A stretch of DNA of 64,000 bases from an uncultured Actinomycetes bacterium (GTDB lineage Bacteria > Actinomycetota > UBA4738 > HRBIN12). The position numbers were made by a program, and so were the translations under genes. Below are positions 63,704 through 64,000 of the stretch, one piece after another (within the stretch, counting starts at the first letter, position 1; the number at the start of each line of letters is the position of its first letter). The stretch is taken from the NCBI GenBank assembly GCA_963746995.1, contig CAVVDF010000010.1, positions 25,641-89,640 of the forward strand. Reading direction: 5' to 3'. Under the pieces are notes generated by a model. That model was not told the origin of the DNA, searched no databases, and saw only the letters and a program-made list of their open reading frames with translations.

Positions 63704-63710
63704 CACGGGC

Positions 63711-64000
63711 ATGGCGCGCGTGCTCCTTGTGGACGACGATCCGGCGATCCTTCGGCTCCTCGAAGTGAACTTCCGGCTGGAGGGCTTCACGGTCGACGCG
63801 TCCGCGCATGGCGAGGAGGCGCTCGCGATCGCGTCGGTTACGCCGCCCGACGTCGCGATCTTGGATCTGATGATCCCCGGAATGGATGGACGGGCGATCT
63901 TCGATGCGTTGCGTGCCGATCCCGTCACCGCATCGGTGCCGGTGATCTTTCTCACAGCCCGTGGACGTGAAGACATCCCGGTATCGGACGGCGCGATCGT
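63711..64000 (+). CDS. response regulator, receiver domain (3' end beyond the right window edge)
   Basis: Hand translation: MARVLLVDDDPAILRLLEVNFRLEGFTVDASAHGEEALAIASVTPPDVAILDLMIPGMDGRAIFDALRADPVTASVPVIFLTARG... Not in the ORF track because there is no stop in the window. Confidence 0.8.
   Translation, partial: MARVLLVDDDPAILRLLEVNFRLEGFTVDASAHGEEALAIASVTPPDVAILDLMIPGMDGRAIFDALRADPVTASVPVIFLTARGREDIPVSDGAI

Overview
Very GC-rich, extremely gene-dense chromosomal segment: about 66 protein-coding genes (5 of them frame-broken or fragmentary) and 2 tRNAs. I recognised no rRNA, CRISPR, transposase, integrase or phage genes. The gene content is clearly actinobacterial: a WhiB-family regulator, a SigH/SigR-type ECF sigma with its ZAS anti-sigma, a PIG-L deacetylase, the proteasome activator Bpa/PafE ending in GQYL, the UPF0182 + PDZ/Lon-protease pair, and a DUF2342 zincin-like protein. 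Housekeeping blocks are nadC-nadA-nadB, DAHP synthase, moaE, mreB, ftsH, divergent pyrE/pyrD, a potA-D-B-C ABC importer, pyruvate:ferredoxin oxidoreductase with a DHODH-like partner, pdxH, and base-excision repair genes (nth, family-5 UDG). The left end carries a head-to-tail array of four LipJ-like alpha/beta-hydrolase/class III cyclase paralogs, with a duplication scar (DUF72 gene fragment) and two broken frames. Between an ArsR operon and tRNA-Met lies a run of accessory-type genes (GNAT, ANT(2'')-like nucleotidyltransferase, DinB, PLDc_N membrane proteins). An 18-repeat RTX-type secreted protein and a stand-alone cNMP-binding protein follow it. Four cross-cutting signals can be read directly from the sequence. 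(i) At least 16 genes have a TANNNT hexamer exactly 6-7 nt upstream of the start codon, the leaderless-mRNA architecture. (ii) Four convergent gene pairs use one CTAG palindrome as both stop codons, and most other convergent pairs are 1-2 nt apart or overlap. (iii) There are four single-base frameshifts at short G/C runs, all in accessory genes. (iv) One uninterrupted ORF fuses a peptidase-S51-like domain to endonuclease III. I did not find a clear-cut novel multi-gene system such as a defence island; the best candidates for undescribed biology are listed in the findings with modest scores. All functions come from motif and family recognition by eye, start codons are inferred, and no database search was possible.
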